DNA of 56,758 bases from a virus. Its lineage: Duplodnaviria > Caudoviricetes. The notes beneath the pieces were generated by a model. It was given only the letters and a program-made list of their open reading frames with translations. It was not told the origin of the DNA and did not search any database. Shown in pieces: positions 1 to 8,754 of this stretch. The translations under genes and the position numbers were made by a program. The stretch is taken from positions 1 through 56,758 of IMG/VR virus record IMGVR_UViG_3300009079_000001. One strand, 5' to 3'. Numbering within the stretch: position 1 is the stretch's first letter; each line of letters starts with the position of its first letter.

Positions 1-123
1 CACAATGTACTAAATCTGTCCTTCTCTGACTTCAACCAATACCAGAAACCATTAACAGGATTACGTTGCCAAGAATTTTGAATACACTTCTTAGTTTCTG
101 TACTCTCTGCAATAGCATCAATA
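1..123. repeat. 123-bp terminal direct repeat, copy 1 (circular assembly overlap)
   Basis: Identical to 56636-56758; lies mid-gene in DNA polymerase and joins in frame. Confidence 0.95.
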
Positions 124-1691
124 GACCAGTTTAGGTCGTGATATGCTTTCCACAGCTTCTCTGCAATTGTAAGTGAAACATTAGCTGCTCTTGCAATTGT
201 AGGTGGGCCTGCTCCGTATTGTGCTGCATAGTTACAGCTTTTACCAGCGTGCCTAACTTTGCTATGATCTTCTTTCTTATCTTTATGTGCTTCTGTTTGC
301 TCATGTGTTAGAAGCTCTGCTTGTTCACACATTAGAAGGTGAGGATCAAAGCGAGGGTCTTGCTGCATCTTTACATACTCAGGGTCAAACTTCCATTGAT
401 AATGGTGCTTACATTTATCTTCAAGAGAGGACAAATCAGAACCAAGTAACTTATGGAAATCACCAGCAATAAGCAAGCTCCTAATCTCTTTACCATAAGG
501 AACACGAGTAGAAGGAAGATTTACCAAGTTGCGATGTTTGAAACGAAGAGTATTAGTAAAGCCCTGAGCACCAGCTTCCAAGAAGCCATTTCTATGGTTA
601 GAAAGAAAGCCACTAACCATGCCAATACGATGTTTAAGAATGCCAACACCTTTAACATGTTCAAAGCCAATGTTAGGATACTTCTCAATTAGCTTCTCAA
701 TGCCGGGATCAATCTCACCACCACTATTAGGAACAGTGACTTGAGGCATCTTACGCTCTTTACCTGTAACCTTGTCTCGATCATACTTAAATGTTTCAGG
801 CACCCAACCATAACTATATAACCAGTCCTTAACCTGTGTATGTGACCCAGGATTTGGAGCTTTATAACCTGTGATAACTACCAATTCTTTGGTATCGAAG
901 GGCATTCCTTCCTCAAGAAGCAAAGTATACCATTTCTTCCCACTAGCTGAGAGTGTACCATCCATTTTATAAGGCTTAGCTGGAAAGGTTTTAAGTACTT
1001 TCTGAGCTACCATTGGCATAGTCTTTGACAAGGCACTAACCTGTTCATTGAGCTTCTCTTCCAGCTGGAGTTGAAGTTCTTCTGCCTTAGGTATATTTAG
1101 TTGCCACTTGTTGTTCTGCTGAATAGCCATGTGACGCATCTTCATATTAATGTAATCAGTAATACGAGCAATATCCTCTTTATTACCATCATACAGCTTA
1201 TGAAGCATCTTCTCTTGATCTCTATACAAAAGATATTGAATCTTCGTATCTTCAAGTACACGATGGTTATAAACCTCTTGAGGTTGATTTTCCCATTCTT
1301 CTACTTCTGGTTTAATAACACCGAATTCTTCTCCGTATTCTGCTAAACCATGCTTAAGCCTGCGAGGTTCTAGATACCAACTAAGACCAAGAGTGTCAAT
1401 AATAGGACAGTTCTTAATACCTGGATAGTTGAGGTATATTAGAGCCTCTTTATCAAAGCCAATACCATTGTGCATAACTAATGTATGACCTTTCTCAAGG
1501 AAGTCATTAAGGTATGCTAAAGGCTTTATATATTCAGGACGTTCTTTAAGCTCATCAATTCTATTAGAGAACAAAATAACACCACCTGTAACCATGTTCT
1601 TAAAGCACATGCAATGCAGGTGAGGATTATCTTGTTCTTTCATATGATGCAGCAGTCCTGTAGTTTCTATATCTGCTGCGTATATTCCCAT
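1..1691 (-). CDS. Family A DNA polymerase, N-terminal part (continues at 56635-56374; 650 aa total)
   Basis: Translated by hand, absent from ORF track: ATG at 1691 (TAATG overlap with upstream stop), ExoI ADIETTG, ExoII HNGIGFD, motif A GSDLSSLE, motif B RHAGKSCNYAAQYG; 1953 nt across the junction = 651 codons. Confidence 0.95.
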   Translation of the reverse strand, partial: MGIYAADIETTGLLHHMKEQDNPHLHCMCFKNMVTGGVILFSNRIDELKERPEYIKPLAYLNDFLEKGHTLVMHNGIGFDKEALIYLNYPGIKNCPIIDTLGLSWYLEPRRLKHGLAEYGEEFGVIKPEVEEWENQPQEVYNHRVLEDTKIQYLLYRDQEKMLHKLYDGNKEDIARITDYINMKMRHMAIQQNNKWQLNIPKAEELQLQLEEKLNEQVSALSKTMPMVAQKVLKTFPAKPYKMDGTLSASGKKWYTLLLEEGMPFDTKELVVITGYKAPNPGSHTQVKDWLYSYGWVPETFKYDRDKVTGKERKMPQVTVPNSGGEIDPGIEKLIEKYPNIGFEHVKGVGILKHRIGMVSGFLSNHRNGFLEAGAQGFTNTLRFKHRNLVNLPSTRVPYGKEIRSLLIAGDFHKLLGSDLSSLEDKCKHHYQWKFDPEYVKMQQDPRFDPHLLMCEQAELLTHEQTEAHKDKKEDHSKVRHAGKSCNYAAQYGAGPPTIARAANVSLTIAEKLWKAYHDLNWSIDAIAESTETKKCIQNSWQRNPVNGFWYWLKSEKDRFSTL

Positions 1692-1942
1692 TATATAGAC
1701 CTCTTCTTATCAATGTGTTCATCAATTTTCAGTTGAACAGCAGCGATATACTTGTCATAGCTATCTCTGGGTTTTAGTCCAAACTCTTTAGCAACACGTG
1801 GTCTAATCCTAAGTCCACTACTATGAGTTAAACCAACTTTTTCTAACTTAAGCATTCCTCTAATTTGAAGAAGCCTAAAGAACTCATGTTCTTCTGATAT
1901 TACTTTATCGCTTTTAACCATTCTGGTTCTCCTGTGGTACAC
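1691..1942 (-). CDS. Hypothetical protein
   Basis: ORF translationally coupled to DNA polymerase start. Confidence 0.65.
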   Translation of the reverse strand: MYHRRTRMVKSDKVISEEHEFFRLLQIRGMLKLEKVGLTHSSGLRIRPRVAKEFGLKPRDSYDKYIAAVQLKIDEHIDKKRSI

Positions 1943-2138
1943 ATGCTACGTATGGCACAAGTTCTATGTTCTCAAGTCTAGGACGTTGAAAATTATACTC
2001 AGCCTTACATTCTCCTAATGACTGGAAATAAGTTTTACTCATCACACAGTCATTCCAATCAGTACAACTAACAATCATCAACGCCCATAACATTAGATTA
2101 TACCTCCCAAGGTGCTTTAGTTTCAGCATCCTTAGCAA
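1914..2138 (-). CDS. Hypothetical protein, hydrophobic N-terminus with Cys residues (start uncertain)
   Basis: Fills gap in co-oriented operon. Confidence 0.5.
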   Translation of the reverse strand: MLRMLKLKHLGRYNLMLWALMIVSCTDWNDCVMSKTYFQSLGECKAEYNFQRPRLENIELVPYVACVPQENQNG

Positions 2139-2508
2139 TTTTAGTCATGCACTTATATACCATCTCAAAGAAGAAGATACGGTCTGATTTCTCAGTGATA
2201 TTAAGCTCAGTAGCAATACGAGTAGCATGCTGCCAATACAAGAACACTGAACGTTGATCTACTACAATTACATTCAAAGCTCCTTTACGGTATGCTTGGA
2301 ATGTACCTAGAGATGCACAATTCTCATAGTCTCCACATACTGTGTAGCCCATCAGTAGCATATGACCATGTGCTTCAGCACGACTATCTACATAGATAAC
2401 CAAGTCAACATCAGTGTTAGTTACGGGTGGGTCGCATACAATTGCACTACCTGTAAATACAAAATTTTTAGCTAGTCCACCAAGTTCTTCGGGGAATGAA
2501 TAAATCAT
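2098..2508 (-). CDS. Small nucleotidyltransferase-fold (Pol beta superfamily) protein
   Basis: FTGS-x10-TDVDLVI matches hG[GS]...DxD signature; candidate third Asp in NVIVVD. Confidence 0.7.
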   Translation of the reverse strand: MIYSFPEELGGLAKNFVFTGSAIVCDPPVTNTDVDLVIYVDSRAEAHGHMLLMGYTVCGDYENCASLGTFQAYRKGALNVIVVDQRSVFLYWQHATRIATELNITEKSDRIFFFEMVYKCMTKIAKDAETKAPWEV

Positions 2509-2729
2509 GGATTCTTCCTCTTAAAAGTGTAACCTTTCATATTGATAAGTTCGCCATTAACTTCAACACCTTTCTTGATGTTGTCGCAACACTCGAACAA
2601 TTGAGAAACAGCTTTAGCTGTATCATTTCTTTCAATCAGTGTACTTACAATAGTGCTATAGAATAACTCTTTAGTAGTACCATCTGGCTTTGTAACAATA
2701 ACTGTGAAATCTTTATTGCTATTATTCAC
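2505..2729 (-). CDS. Hypothetical protein
   Basis: Overlaps both neighbours by a few nt. Confidence 0.65.
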   Translation of the reverse strand: MNNSNKDFTVIVTKPDGTTKELFYSTIVSTLIERNDTAKAVSQLFECCDNIKKGVEVNGELINMKGYTFKRKNP

Positions 2730-4425
2730 TTGAAGCTCCTTTAACTAGTTTACCAATCTTGGCATCTTGGAACAGTTCTTCATTCCAGTTCTTCTGGAAC
2801 AATCTACCTGTCTTATTGTTGTAGTAAGTCTTAACAAGACCTGTCTTACCATATTTACGGTTCTTCAATAATCTAACAACTGAGCAATTACTATCAACTG
2901 CCTGCTTGTTACGCTCGAAGCCCATCATCATATGCGAGTAACGCATTAAAGCCCTTGATCCAGTAAACTGTGACTCCAACACTCTTCCACCATTTTCATG
3001 TGGTCTAGCACTCTTGTCAGGACTATTAAGGTGTGAGAATGCAAAGGCTTCAAAGTCAAACTTCATTGCAAGCTCTACAAACTCTTTACCAACTAGGCCA
3101 ATAAACTCATTCTTTTCGGACATATTAAGTCCTTCAGATAATGTGGTCATATTGTCTAGCATAACTACATCAATAGTACTTCCATGCTCTCTTATAGCAG
3201 CCTTGATTGCTGCCCATGTACTATGAGGATCACCGCTCTCATCTGGATTCCAGAGGATGACGTGACCATTAATACTATGTGCAGTAGTTCGTAGTTGCTC
3301 TTTATCAAATACAGTTCCTGGAACGTGGTAAGGTATGCTATCCAACTTACCACATACATTTCGGATAGTTTCTGCTGGAGACTCTTCCATCATTATCATA
3401 AGAGTTTTCCATCCGTGAACTATATGGTTATGCGCTGTAATTTCATGTGCAAGAAGTGACTTACCAATACCTACACCAGCACCAATGGAGATTAGTTCTC
3501 CCTTACGCTGACCATAGGTAAGTTCATCAAGTTCAGGCCAAGGATAAGACTTGCCATATACTACAGGCTCAAGTGCTTCTTCAATCATGTCATCAACATT
3601 TAGCAATGATGCTGGTAAGCGTTTAGCAGCATTAAAGATAACTGCATCTCTACATGCTTTTAGCTGACCATTAATTAGACACGCATTGGCATCTTTAGCC
3701 GGTAGTTGTGCTATAAGACAATCAGGCAATAACCTATTTTGAATGTCCTTTGCAGCCTTCTTACCTGGCCCATCATTATCGAAACATAGAGTAACTTTCT
3801 GGAAGATCTTGTTAATATCTGCAAGATGCTTGCTAATACATTTATCAGCAGATTTCACACCATTAGGCAGAGATACCACTGCATATTCTTGTGAAGCATA
3901 TGCTGTGCCTTTCTGCATTTCTTTAAGTATTTGTCTTAATGAAATAGCATCTAGCTCACCTTCTGTGATAAATAAGTTACCTCCAATCTTTTTGGCTCTT
4001 GCCCAACCAAACATATCAGCATCTCTCGTTTCGCCAATACTCCAGAAGTGTTTCTCTGCAAGTAATCTGACTTTGTATCCAACGAGTTCACTGCCGTTTG
4101 TGAACGGGAATAAGAGCTTGTCTTTTGTTGTGCCGTCAAATTGATTGACACCAATGCGTACACCGTAAAACTTGAAACTATCGGGAGTAATGCCGCGAAT
4201 CGTATCAGGGACATAATCACAATCTCTAATCTCCATTAGTTCTTGTTCTATTTCTTCTGATGTTTTAACATGTGGTGGCTCTGGTTTCTCATCCCCATAG
4301 GGGTTTGGTTCATACTTTAGACAACTAAAACAATAACCACTATATTTCTCATCTTCATAGAATGTTTGTAGTCCATCGCTGCTGCCACAACTATGTGGCA
4401 ACTTCTCAATACATGTACCTGCCAC
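2722..4425 (-). CDS. T7 gp4-like DNA primase-helicase
   Basis: N-terminal Zn ribbon (HSCGSSDG...YCFSC), TOPRIM ITEGELDA and CFDNDGPG, Walker A GAGVGIGKS, DnaB-type LLKNRKYG. Confidence 0.95.
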   Translation of the reverse strand: MAGTCIEKLPHSCGSSDGLQTFYEDEKYSGYCFSCLKYEPNPYGDEKPEPPHVKTSEEIEQELMEIRDCDYVPDTIRGITPDSFKFYGVRIGVNQFDGTTKDKLLFPFTNGSELVGYKVRLLAEKHFWSIGETRDADMFGWARAKKIGGNLFITEGELDAISLRQILKEMQKGTAYASQEYAVVSLPNGVKSADKCISKHLADINKIFQKVTLCFDNDGPGKKAAKDIQNRLLPDCLIAQLPAKDANACLINGQLKACRDAVIFNAAKRLPASLLNVDDMIEEALEPVVYGKSYPWPELDELTYGQRKGELISIGAGVGIGKSLLAHEITAHNHIVHGWKTLMIMMEESPAETIRNVCGKLDSIPYHVPGTVFDKEQLRTTAHSINGHVILWNPDESGDPHSTWAAIKAAIREHGSTIDVVMLDNMTTLSEGLNMSEKNEFIGLVGKEFVELAMKFDFEAFAFSHLNSPDKSARPHENGGRVLESQFTGSRALMRYSHMMMGFERNKQAVDSNCSVVRLLKNRKYGKTGLVKTYYNNKTGRLFQKNWNEELFQDAKIGKLVKGASSE

Positions 4426-4445
4426 AAGTTTCTCCTTATGTGAAA

Positions 4446-4522
4446 TGGTATCCCCAGCAGGGCTTGAACCTGCAACCTACAACTTAGAAGGTTGTTGCTC
4501 TATCCAATTGAGCTATGGGGAT
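4446..4522 (-). tRNA. tRNA-Arg (anticodon UCU) with encoded CCA
   Basis: Cloverleaf: ATCCCCA/TGGGGAT acceptor, TAGCTCAATTGGATAGAGC D arm, ACAAC-CTTCTAA-GTTGT anticodon arm, GGTTCAAGCCC T arm, ACCA end. Confidence 0.95.
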
Positions 4523-4540
4523 AAAAAGGGCCGAAGCCCT
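4523..4540 (-). terminator. Rho-independent terminator
   Basis: AGGGC-TTCG-GCCCT-TTTT on minus strand, directly abutting the tRNA 5' end. Confidence 0.8.
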
Positions 4541-4557
4541 AGTTGTTATTCTGCTAG

Positions 4558-4971
4558 TTATTCTGCTACTTGAACTTTCTTCTTGTAACTACCAGCAAGC
4601 AAACTTGCCAGACGTACAATAATCTTGTTCTCTCCACCATATTGATCGTTCTCTTTCTTACGAGGAACTACAGATGGAATAACATCAAGAATATCATGCA
4701 TAGCTTCAATTTGACCACGAAGCTCAGAAGCATTTTCGCTACTGTATTTGTAGCTGCTCTTGGCACTATCACGCTCTTTAGTAATTTCAGCAATAACAAT
4801 TTCTTTTGCAGCAAGATCCTCACGAAACTCACTTGCTTGAACTTGAAGTTTGCTATCCCGATCAACCATTACTTCTTGAATACGCTGATTAGCTTGTTGT
4901 ACCAGAAGTTCATTGTTGTTCTTCTGCTGTTGCAGTTCTGTTTCCAGTTGTGCGATTGTCTTGCGAGTCAT
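4558..4971 (-). CDS. Hypothetical coiled-coil protein
   Basis: AAGGAG RBS; heptad-like Q/E/K-rich sequence. Confidence 0.8.
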   Translation of the reverse strand: MTRKTIAQLETELQQQKNNNELLVQQANQRIQEVMVDRDSKLQVQASEFREDLAAKEIVIAEITKERDSAKSSYKYSSENASELRGQIEAMHDILDVIPSVVPRKKENDQYGGENKIIVRLASLLAGSYKKKVQVAE

Positions 4972-4983
4972 TGTTGGTTCTCC

Positions 4984-5058
4984 TTAAATTAATGCTAATA
5001 TGGCAAATATTATAATTATAATAATACTGCCTGCTTCTGAATCATTATCTACAAACAT
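4984..5058 (-). CDS. Small hydrophobic peptide (24 aa, MFVDNDSEAGSIIIIIIFAILALI)
   Basis: Hand-translated; exactly fills the gap between two genes. Confidence 0.45.
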   Translation of the reverse strand: MFVDNDSEAGSIIIIIIFAILALI

Positions 5059-5060
5059 AG

Positions 5061-5552
5061 TTAAACTATTCCATTTTCAGCAAAGCTATAAAACTTATCT
5101 TTACCCACAATAATGTGGTCAAGAGTTCTAATGTCAAATAATGCTAATGCATCTTTTAGTATTGTTGTTAATAGTTTATCAGCCTGACTTGGCTGTTCAT
5201 TACCACTAGGGTGGTTGTGTACTAATATTACAGCAGCAGCATTTACAGCTAATGCTTCTTTAGCAACCTCCCTAGGATAAACTGTTGCTCCATCAATTGT
5301 CCCACGAAATACCTCTTGAAACTTCAACACTTCATGTTTTGTATTAAGCCATACACAGCCAAATATCTCATGTTCCAAACTGCCTAGTTTAAAAGATAGA
5401 TAGTTTTTAACTGCTGCTGGAGATTCAAGGAAACTCCCTGACCCCAACATGCGAAGCCTAAGTATTTCTGTAGCTTCAGCTAACACTTTATCTTCATAAT
5501 AAGTGTTGATTTTACCTTCAATTATATATGTAGCATTTGTTTCTTCTTTCAT
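5061..5552 (-). CDS. radC: RadC-like JAB/MPN domain protein
   Basis: E...GTIDGATVYPREV...HNHPSG...PSQAD...LDHIIVG. Confidence 0.92.
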   Translation of the reverse strand: MKEETNATYIIEGKINTYYEDKVLAEATEILRLRMLGSGSFLESPAAVKNYLSFKLGSLEHEIFGCVWLNTKHEVLKFQEVFRGTIDGATVYPREVAKEALAVNAAAVILVHNHPSGNEQPSQADKLLTTILKDALALFDIRTLDHIIVGKDKFYSFAENGIV

Positions 5553-5592
5553 GGATTCTCCTGTGGGCCTCTGTGGGCCTCTGTGTGAGGCG

Positions 5593-5883
5593 CTAGGGCC
5601 GCCAAGCCACTACCCTAGCCATACAGCCCTTAACGCGCTGCCACAGAGCAGGCTTGCCTTGTTCCGGCGATTTGCCTGCCCTCTTTCTGGCCTCTGACAG
5701 CTCTTTCCTAGCGATACGATAGAGCTGTGCCTTTTCACTATTGTTAAGTGTAAGGTCACATCTAATATCTTCCATAATCTTATCTGTCAGTTTTACTGCT
5801 GCTGGATAGTCCAGCCTACTTATGGCAATCATTCTAAATGTTTGATATGCCATTTGTTCCTCGTTCTCAAGGTAGTTAGACAT
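5593..5883 (-). CDS. Hypothetical protein
   Basis: Co-oriented ORF; 3' end lies in a GC-rich island. Confidence 0.65.
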   Translation of the reverse strand: MSNYLENEEQMAYQTFRMIAISRLDYPAAVKLTDKIMEDIRCDLTLNNSEKAQLYRIARKELSEARKRAGKSPEQGKPALWQRVKGCMARVVAWRP

Positions 5884-5884
5884 T

Positions 5885-6289
5885 TTAATTAGTCATCCTC
5901 AATACATAATATGTTGGCATATCATTATCAGTTTCCTGATCTTCAATGATAATCATTCCATTAGCATAGAAGTAGATAGCTTCACGACGACCATCAACAT
6001 CACGTTCAATAATGCCTGTAGCCATAGCTTCACAATTGATACTGATTTGTTCATCAGTGCAAGTGAAGCTACCATCAATATCCATATCAAAACTATCGTC
6101 CATCTTGTGAGTGGACATATCCATTTTACCTACGGCTGCTGCCACTTGATCTAGGAATGATGTTTCACTATCCAAGATAATGCAGCTAGGGAGTGATCCC
6201 ATTGTTGCTGCAATACGCTCAAGTGGGTGTAGTTTAATATAGTGACCACGAGGATCAAGAATACGCATAGCGTTTTTAATGTTTTTCAA
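5885..6289 (-). CDS. Hypothetical protein
   Basis: TTG start with AAAGGA RBS. Confidence 0.7.
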   Translation of the reverse strand: MKNIKNAMRILDPRGHYIKLHPLERIAATMGSLPSCIILDSETSFLDQVAAAVGKMDMSTHKMDDSFDMDIDGSFTCTDEQISINCEAMATGIIERDVDGRREAIYFYANGMIIIEDQETDNDMPTYYVLRMTN

Positions 6290-6290
6290 T

Positions 6291-6425
6291 TTATTGTCCT
6301 TTCATTATCATTATAGTTAATGTAATACCAAATATTAAAGCTGCTGCTTTGAATATTGTAGTGAAAAGCCACTTGTAATAAATGTAGGCTACAAGTGTGT
6401 TACGCCTATTTTTGTAGCTACTCAT
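6291..6425 (-). CDS. Small membrane protein (44 aa, MSSYKNRRNTLVAYIYYKW...)
   Basis: Hand-translated; GAGGT RBS; hydrophobic C-terminal half. Confidence 0.55.
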   Translation of the reverse strand: MSSYKNRRNTLVAYIYYKWLFTTIFKAAALIFGITLTIMIMKGQ

Positions 6426-6440
6426 GTTTTTACCTCAAAG

Positions 6441-6474
6441 AAAAAAGCCCGCTACTTTTTAGGTAACGGGCTTT
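6441..6474 (-). terminator. Rho-independent terminator
   Basis: AAAGCCCGTTAC-CTAAAAA-GTAGCGGGCTTT followed by T run. Confidence 0.8.
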
Positions 6475-6500
6475 GGGTGAAACTTACAGCTTACAACGAA

Positions 6501-6872
6501 TTACAGAAGATCGTTGTCAGCTTCAGTTTCGGCTTCTTCGTCATTGGCTTCAGACGATTCAGTCTTACGACCGGCTACCTTGGCAGCATATTCATCAGCA
6601 GCTTCTTGGTTGAAGGGAACTTCTTCGCCGTCCCAAGTTTCCAGAAACTTACGGAACCTACCGATAGCGTTGTTTGCCTGAGCAACAGCACGACCAGTCA
6701 GGCCATTAGCATTGATGTATGCTTGAACGTCATCAGGAATTACTTCACTGAGGAATTCGCCAGCATCAATACGAGCTTGATGACGTTCGGCAGCTTCCAG
6801 AGTTTTGAAGGTTTTGCCATCTTCTGTGGCATAGACTTCTACCTGTACAGCTTGTGCTTGAATCTTCGACAT
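6501..6872 (-). CDS. Hypothetical protein with acidic tail
   Basis: AGGAG RBS, strongly biased codons, followed by terminator. Confidence 0.85.
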   Translation of the reverse strand: MSKIQAQAVQVEVYATEDGKTFKTLEAAERHQARIDAGEFLSEVIPDDVQAYINANGLTGRAVAQANNAIGRFRKFLETWDGEEVPFNQEAADEYAAKVAGRKTESSEANDEEAETEADNDLL

Positions 6873-6938
6873 AGATATTCTCCTATAGGGAATAGGGTTC
6901 TCACCCTTAGTAATGAGGACTAATGCCCTCGTTAGTTA

Positions 6939-7679
6939 CTAGATAGATACACCTAGTAGTTCTCTCATTTCACCAACAGCATATTTCTGAGCAGCTATAC
7001 TACCACGCAGTGCCATTAGTGCAAAGTCTTTAATCTGTTCTTCTTCAAGTTTCTCTAGCCCTATGGCTAATTTATGTTTAATGACAGCATGTACCTTGCC
7101 TTTATACATATATCTATTTTTGTAATTCTTCTCTTTGTACATGCAACCTGATCTCTCCAATACCCTCCGCATGAGTATGTTACGTTTTTCCCTGCTCAAT
7201 GGGGTCAAGCCAAGCATTGTAAAGGCTGTATCCAATACACTGCCAACGTCTACTATCAAGACGTTAATCTGTGCCATTTCAAAGTTTCTAATGATACGAG
7301 ACATAAGTTCAAGGTTAGCGTCAAGCTCTTTTACACTTGTCCTTAGTGCTTCCACATTGAAATTAAAGACTTGTGGAAGTGTCTGTACATCTGAATGAAC
7401 ACCGTAGATGAACGAGCGTCCTAATTCCATTGCAGCTACCATTACAACTTCAGCAGTACAATACTTCATTAGTCCAAATGGAAGAATTGTACTTTTAAAG
7501 ATGTTAATAGCTTCACGCATGGAATACATAATCCATTCATCGTCATCTATCGTTGATTTGGCTTTTCCCCAAAATACTATCTGGCCTTCTTTTGCCAGAT
7601 ATGCAGCGTTATTTGTTGTCATCCATTCTTTAATCAATTCAACAGCATAAACTTCTTCTTCCTTCATATCATACTCCAT
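6939..7679 (-). CDS. Hypothetical protein (true start possibly the second Met, 7667)
   Basis: 246-aa ORF; GGAG precedes second Met; basic C-terminal region. Confidence 0.8.
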   Translation of the reverse strand: MEYDMKEEEVYAVELIKEWMTTNNAAYLAKEGQIVFWGKAKSTIDDDEWIMYSMREAINIFKSTILPFGLMKYCTAEVVMVAAMELGRSFIYGVHSDVQTLPQVFNFNVEALRTSVKELDANLELMSRIIRNFEMAQINVLIVDVGSVLDTAFTMLGLTPLSREKRNILMRRVLERSGCMYKEKNYKNRYMYKGKVHAVIKHKLAIGLEKLEEEQIKDFALMALRGSIAAQKYAVGEMRELLGVSI

Positions 7680-7686
7680 TGCTTAA

Positions 7687-7860
7687 TAAGCAATAGTGAA
7701 GCATATCTCCAAAGGCGCATGACTTCCTCCATACTACTAGCTCAACGTCCGGCACGCTCCTAGTAGATGCTTGATAAAAATCTATAGTGGTTACGCCATT
7801 ATAAACCTTATCTTGTGGTTCCCCTTATCTGTGGTACGAGATATGCTTCCTATTACTTAC
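7687..7860 (-). ncRNA. Candidate structured non-coding RNA or leader
   Basis: 22-bp closing stem TAAGTAATAG-GAAGCATATCTC / GAGATATGCTTC-A-CTATTGCTTA, two inner hairpins, no ORF. Confidence 0.6.
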
Positions 7861-7888
7861 TATAACAAATCAACATCTATAACTGTGG

Positions 7889-7938
7889 TTCGGGAAAAGA
7901 GCTAAAGCCTCGGAAGGAACGCAGGATTTGAAGCCCGC
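7889..7938 (-). promoter_or_regulatory. Repeated motif copy A, candidate phage RNAP promoter
   Basis: Plus-strand TTC..AAAAGAGCTAAAGCC..GGAAG.AAC..GGA...GAAGCCCGC shared with 9601-9647. Confidence 0.55.
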
Positions 7939-7973
7939 CGCGAACCTCCGAGGATAACACGCTTACAAAGCAT

Positions 7974-8213
7974 TCAAGCGTTGTAGTAGTTCAGCAGTTC
8001 ACCTTTATGATGATTGTGCTGCAATTTACTAGCACGCATTTCACGCTTGATTGCGGCTTTAAGCATAAGTTCTTTTTGAAGCTCTTTAGACTTTGGAACT
8101 TTATGCCTATAAATTAGTGTTGGGCCAAGGCTGGATATACTTATTCCATGCTTATGCCTAGAATCAAACACCATTGATCTAATTACTTGTAGCAAATTAC
8201 TAAAGTTTTTCAT
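7974..8213 (-). CDS. Hypothetical basic protein
   Basis: ATGA overlap with upstream gene. Confidence 0.65.
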   Translation of the reverse strand: MKNFSNLLQVIRSMVFDSRHKHGISISSLGPTLIYRHKVPKSKELQKELMLKAAIKREMRASKLQHNHHKGELLNYYNA

Positions 8214-8524
8214 ATGGATTTTCCATGTTCAGTTTTATGTTCGGTTTTAGGTTGAGGTGAGCCTTTAACATTATCAAAGGCAGTATTACGTGCATTAATA
8301 CTATCATCATCACCGGCAAATACATCTTCACTGTTTCCAAATGCATTCTCCCATTCTTCAGGAGTTATTCCTGTTAGAATAAACTCCCTATGGTCTGCTG
8401 AAATATCAGGCATAGCATCCTGAATATATTCTCCTTGCATCCAAGCATCTAACTGTTCTTTGGTGCAAGGAACATCAAGTGTATGCTCCTTGCCACTAAA
8501 TGGTGAACGGCGCTTAATTAACAT
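8210..8524 (-). CDS. Hypothetical phage protein
   Basis: Coupled ORF; IQDAMP...REFILTGITPEEW resembles a recurring small phage protein family. Confidence 0.8.
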   Translation of the reverse strand: MLIKRRSPFSGKEHTLDVPCTKEQLDAWMQGEYIQDAMPDISADHREFILTGITPEEWENAFGNSEDVFAGDDDSINARNTAFDNVKGSPQPKTEHKTEHGKSI

Positions 8525-8753
8525 TATCTAACATTCCTTTTAATTCTTTCTTGACATCACGAGCTACTGCTCCCCGCCATGATTGTGCATTGGCTAGGAA
8601 ACGCATAACTATTTCCCTTGCAGTATCTTGGTAGTACATACCATTGATGCTGTCAAGTTCTAGCATTGCTGATACATATGGTGCAGCATATGGAGACATT
8701 CTGTTCCAACTGCCCATAATCTGTACTGCAATTACATGTAATGGTCTGGCCAT
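8514..8753 (-). CDS. Hypothetical phage protein
   Basis: Coupled ORF; FLANAQSWRG..AR..K.ELK pattern. Confidence 0.8.
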   Translation of the reverse strand: MARPLHVIAVQIMGSWNRMSPYAAPYVSAMLELDSINGMYYQDTAREIVMRFLANAQSWRGAVARDVKKELKGMLDNVN

Positions 8754-8754
8754 A

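Noticed and set aside
287-1346. Plus-strand ORFs 287-472, 453-692 and 1101-1346
   Set aside because: Antisense to the DNA polymerase gene, which the ORF track missed because it runs off the window edge.
7687-7860. Retron msr-msd
   Set aside because: Closing inverted repeat is similar in form but no reverse transcriptase is encoded in the genome.
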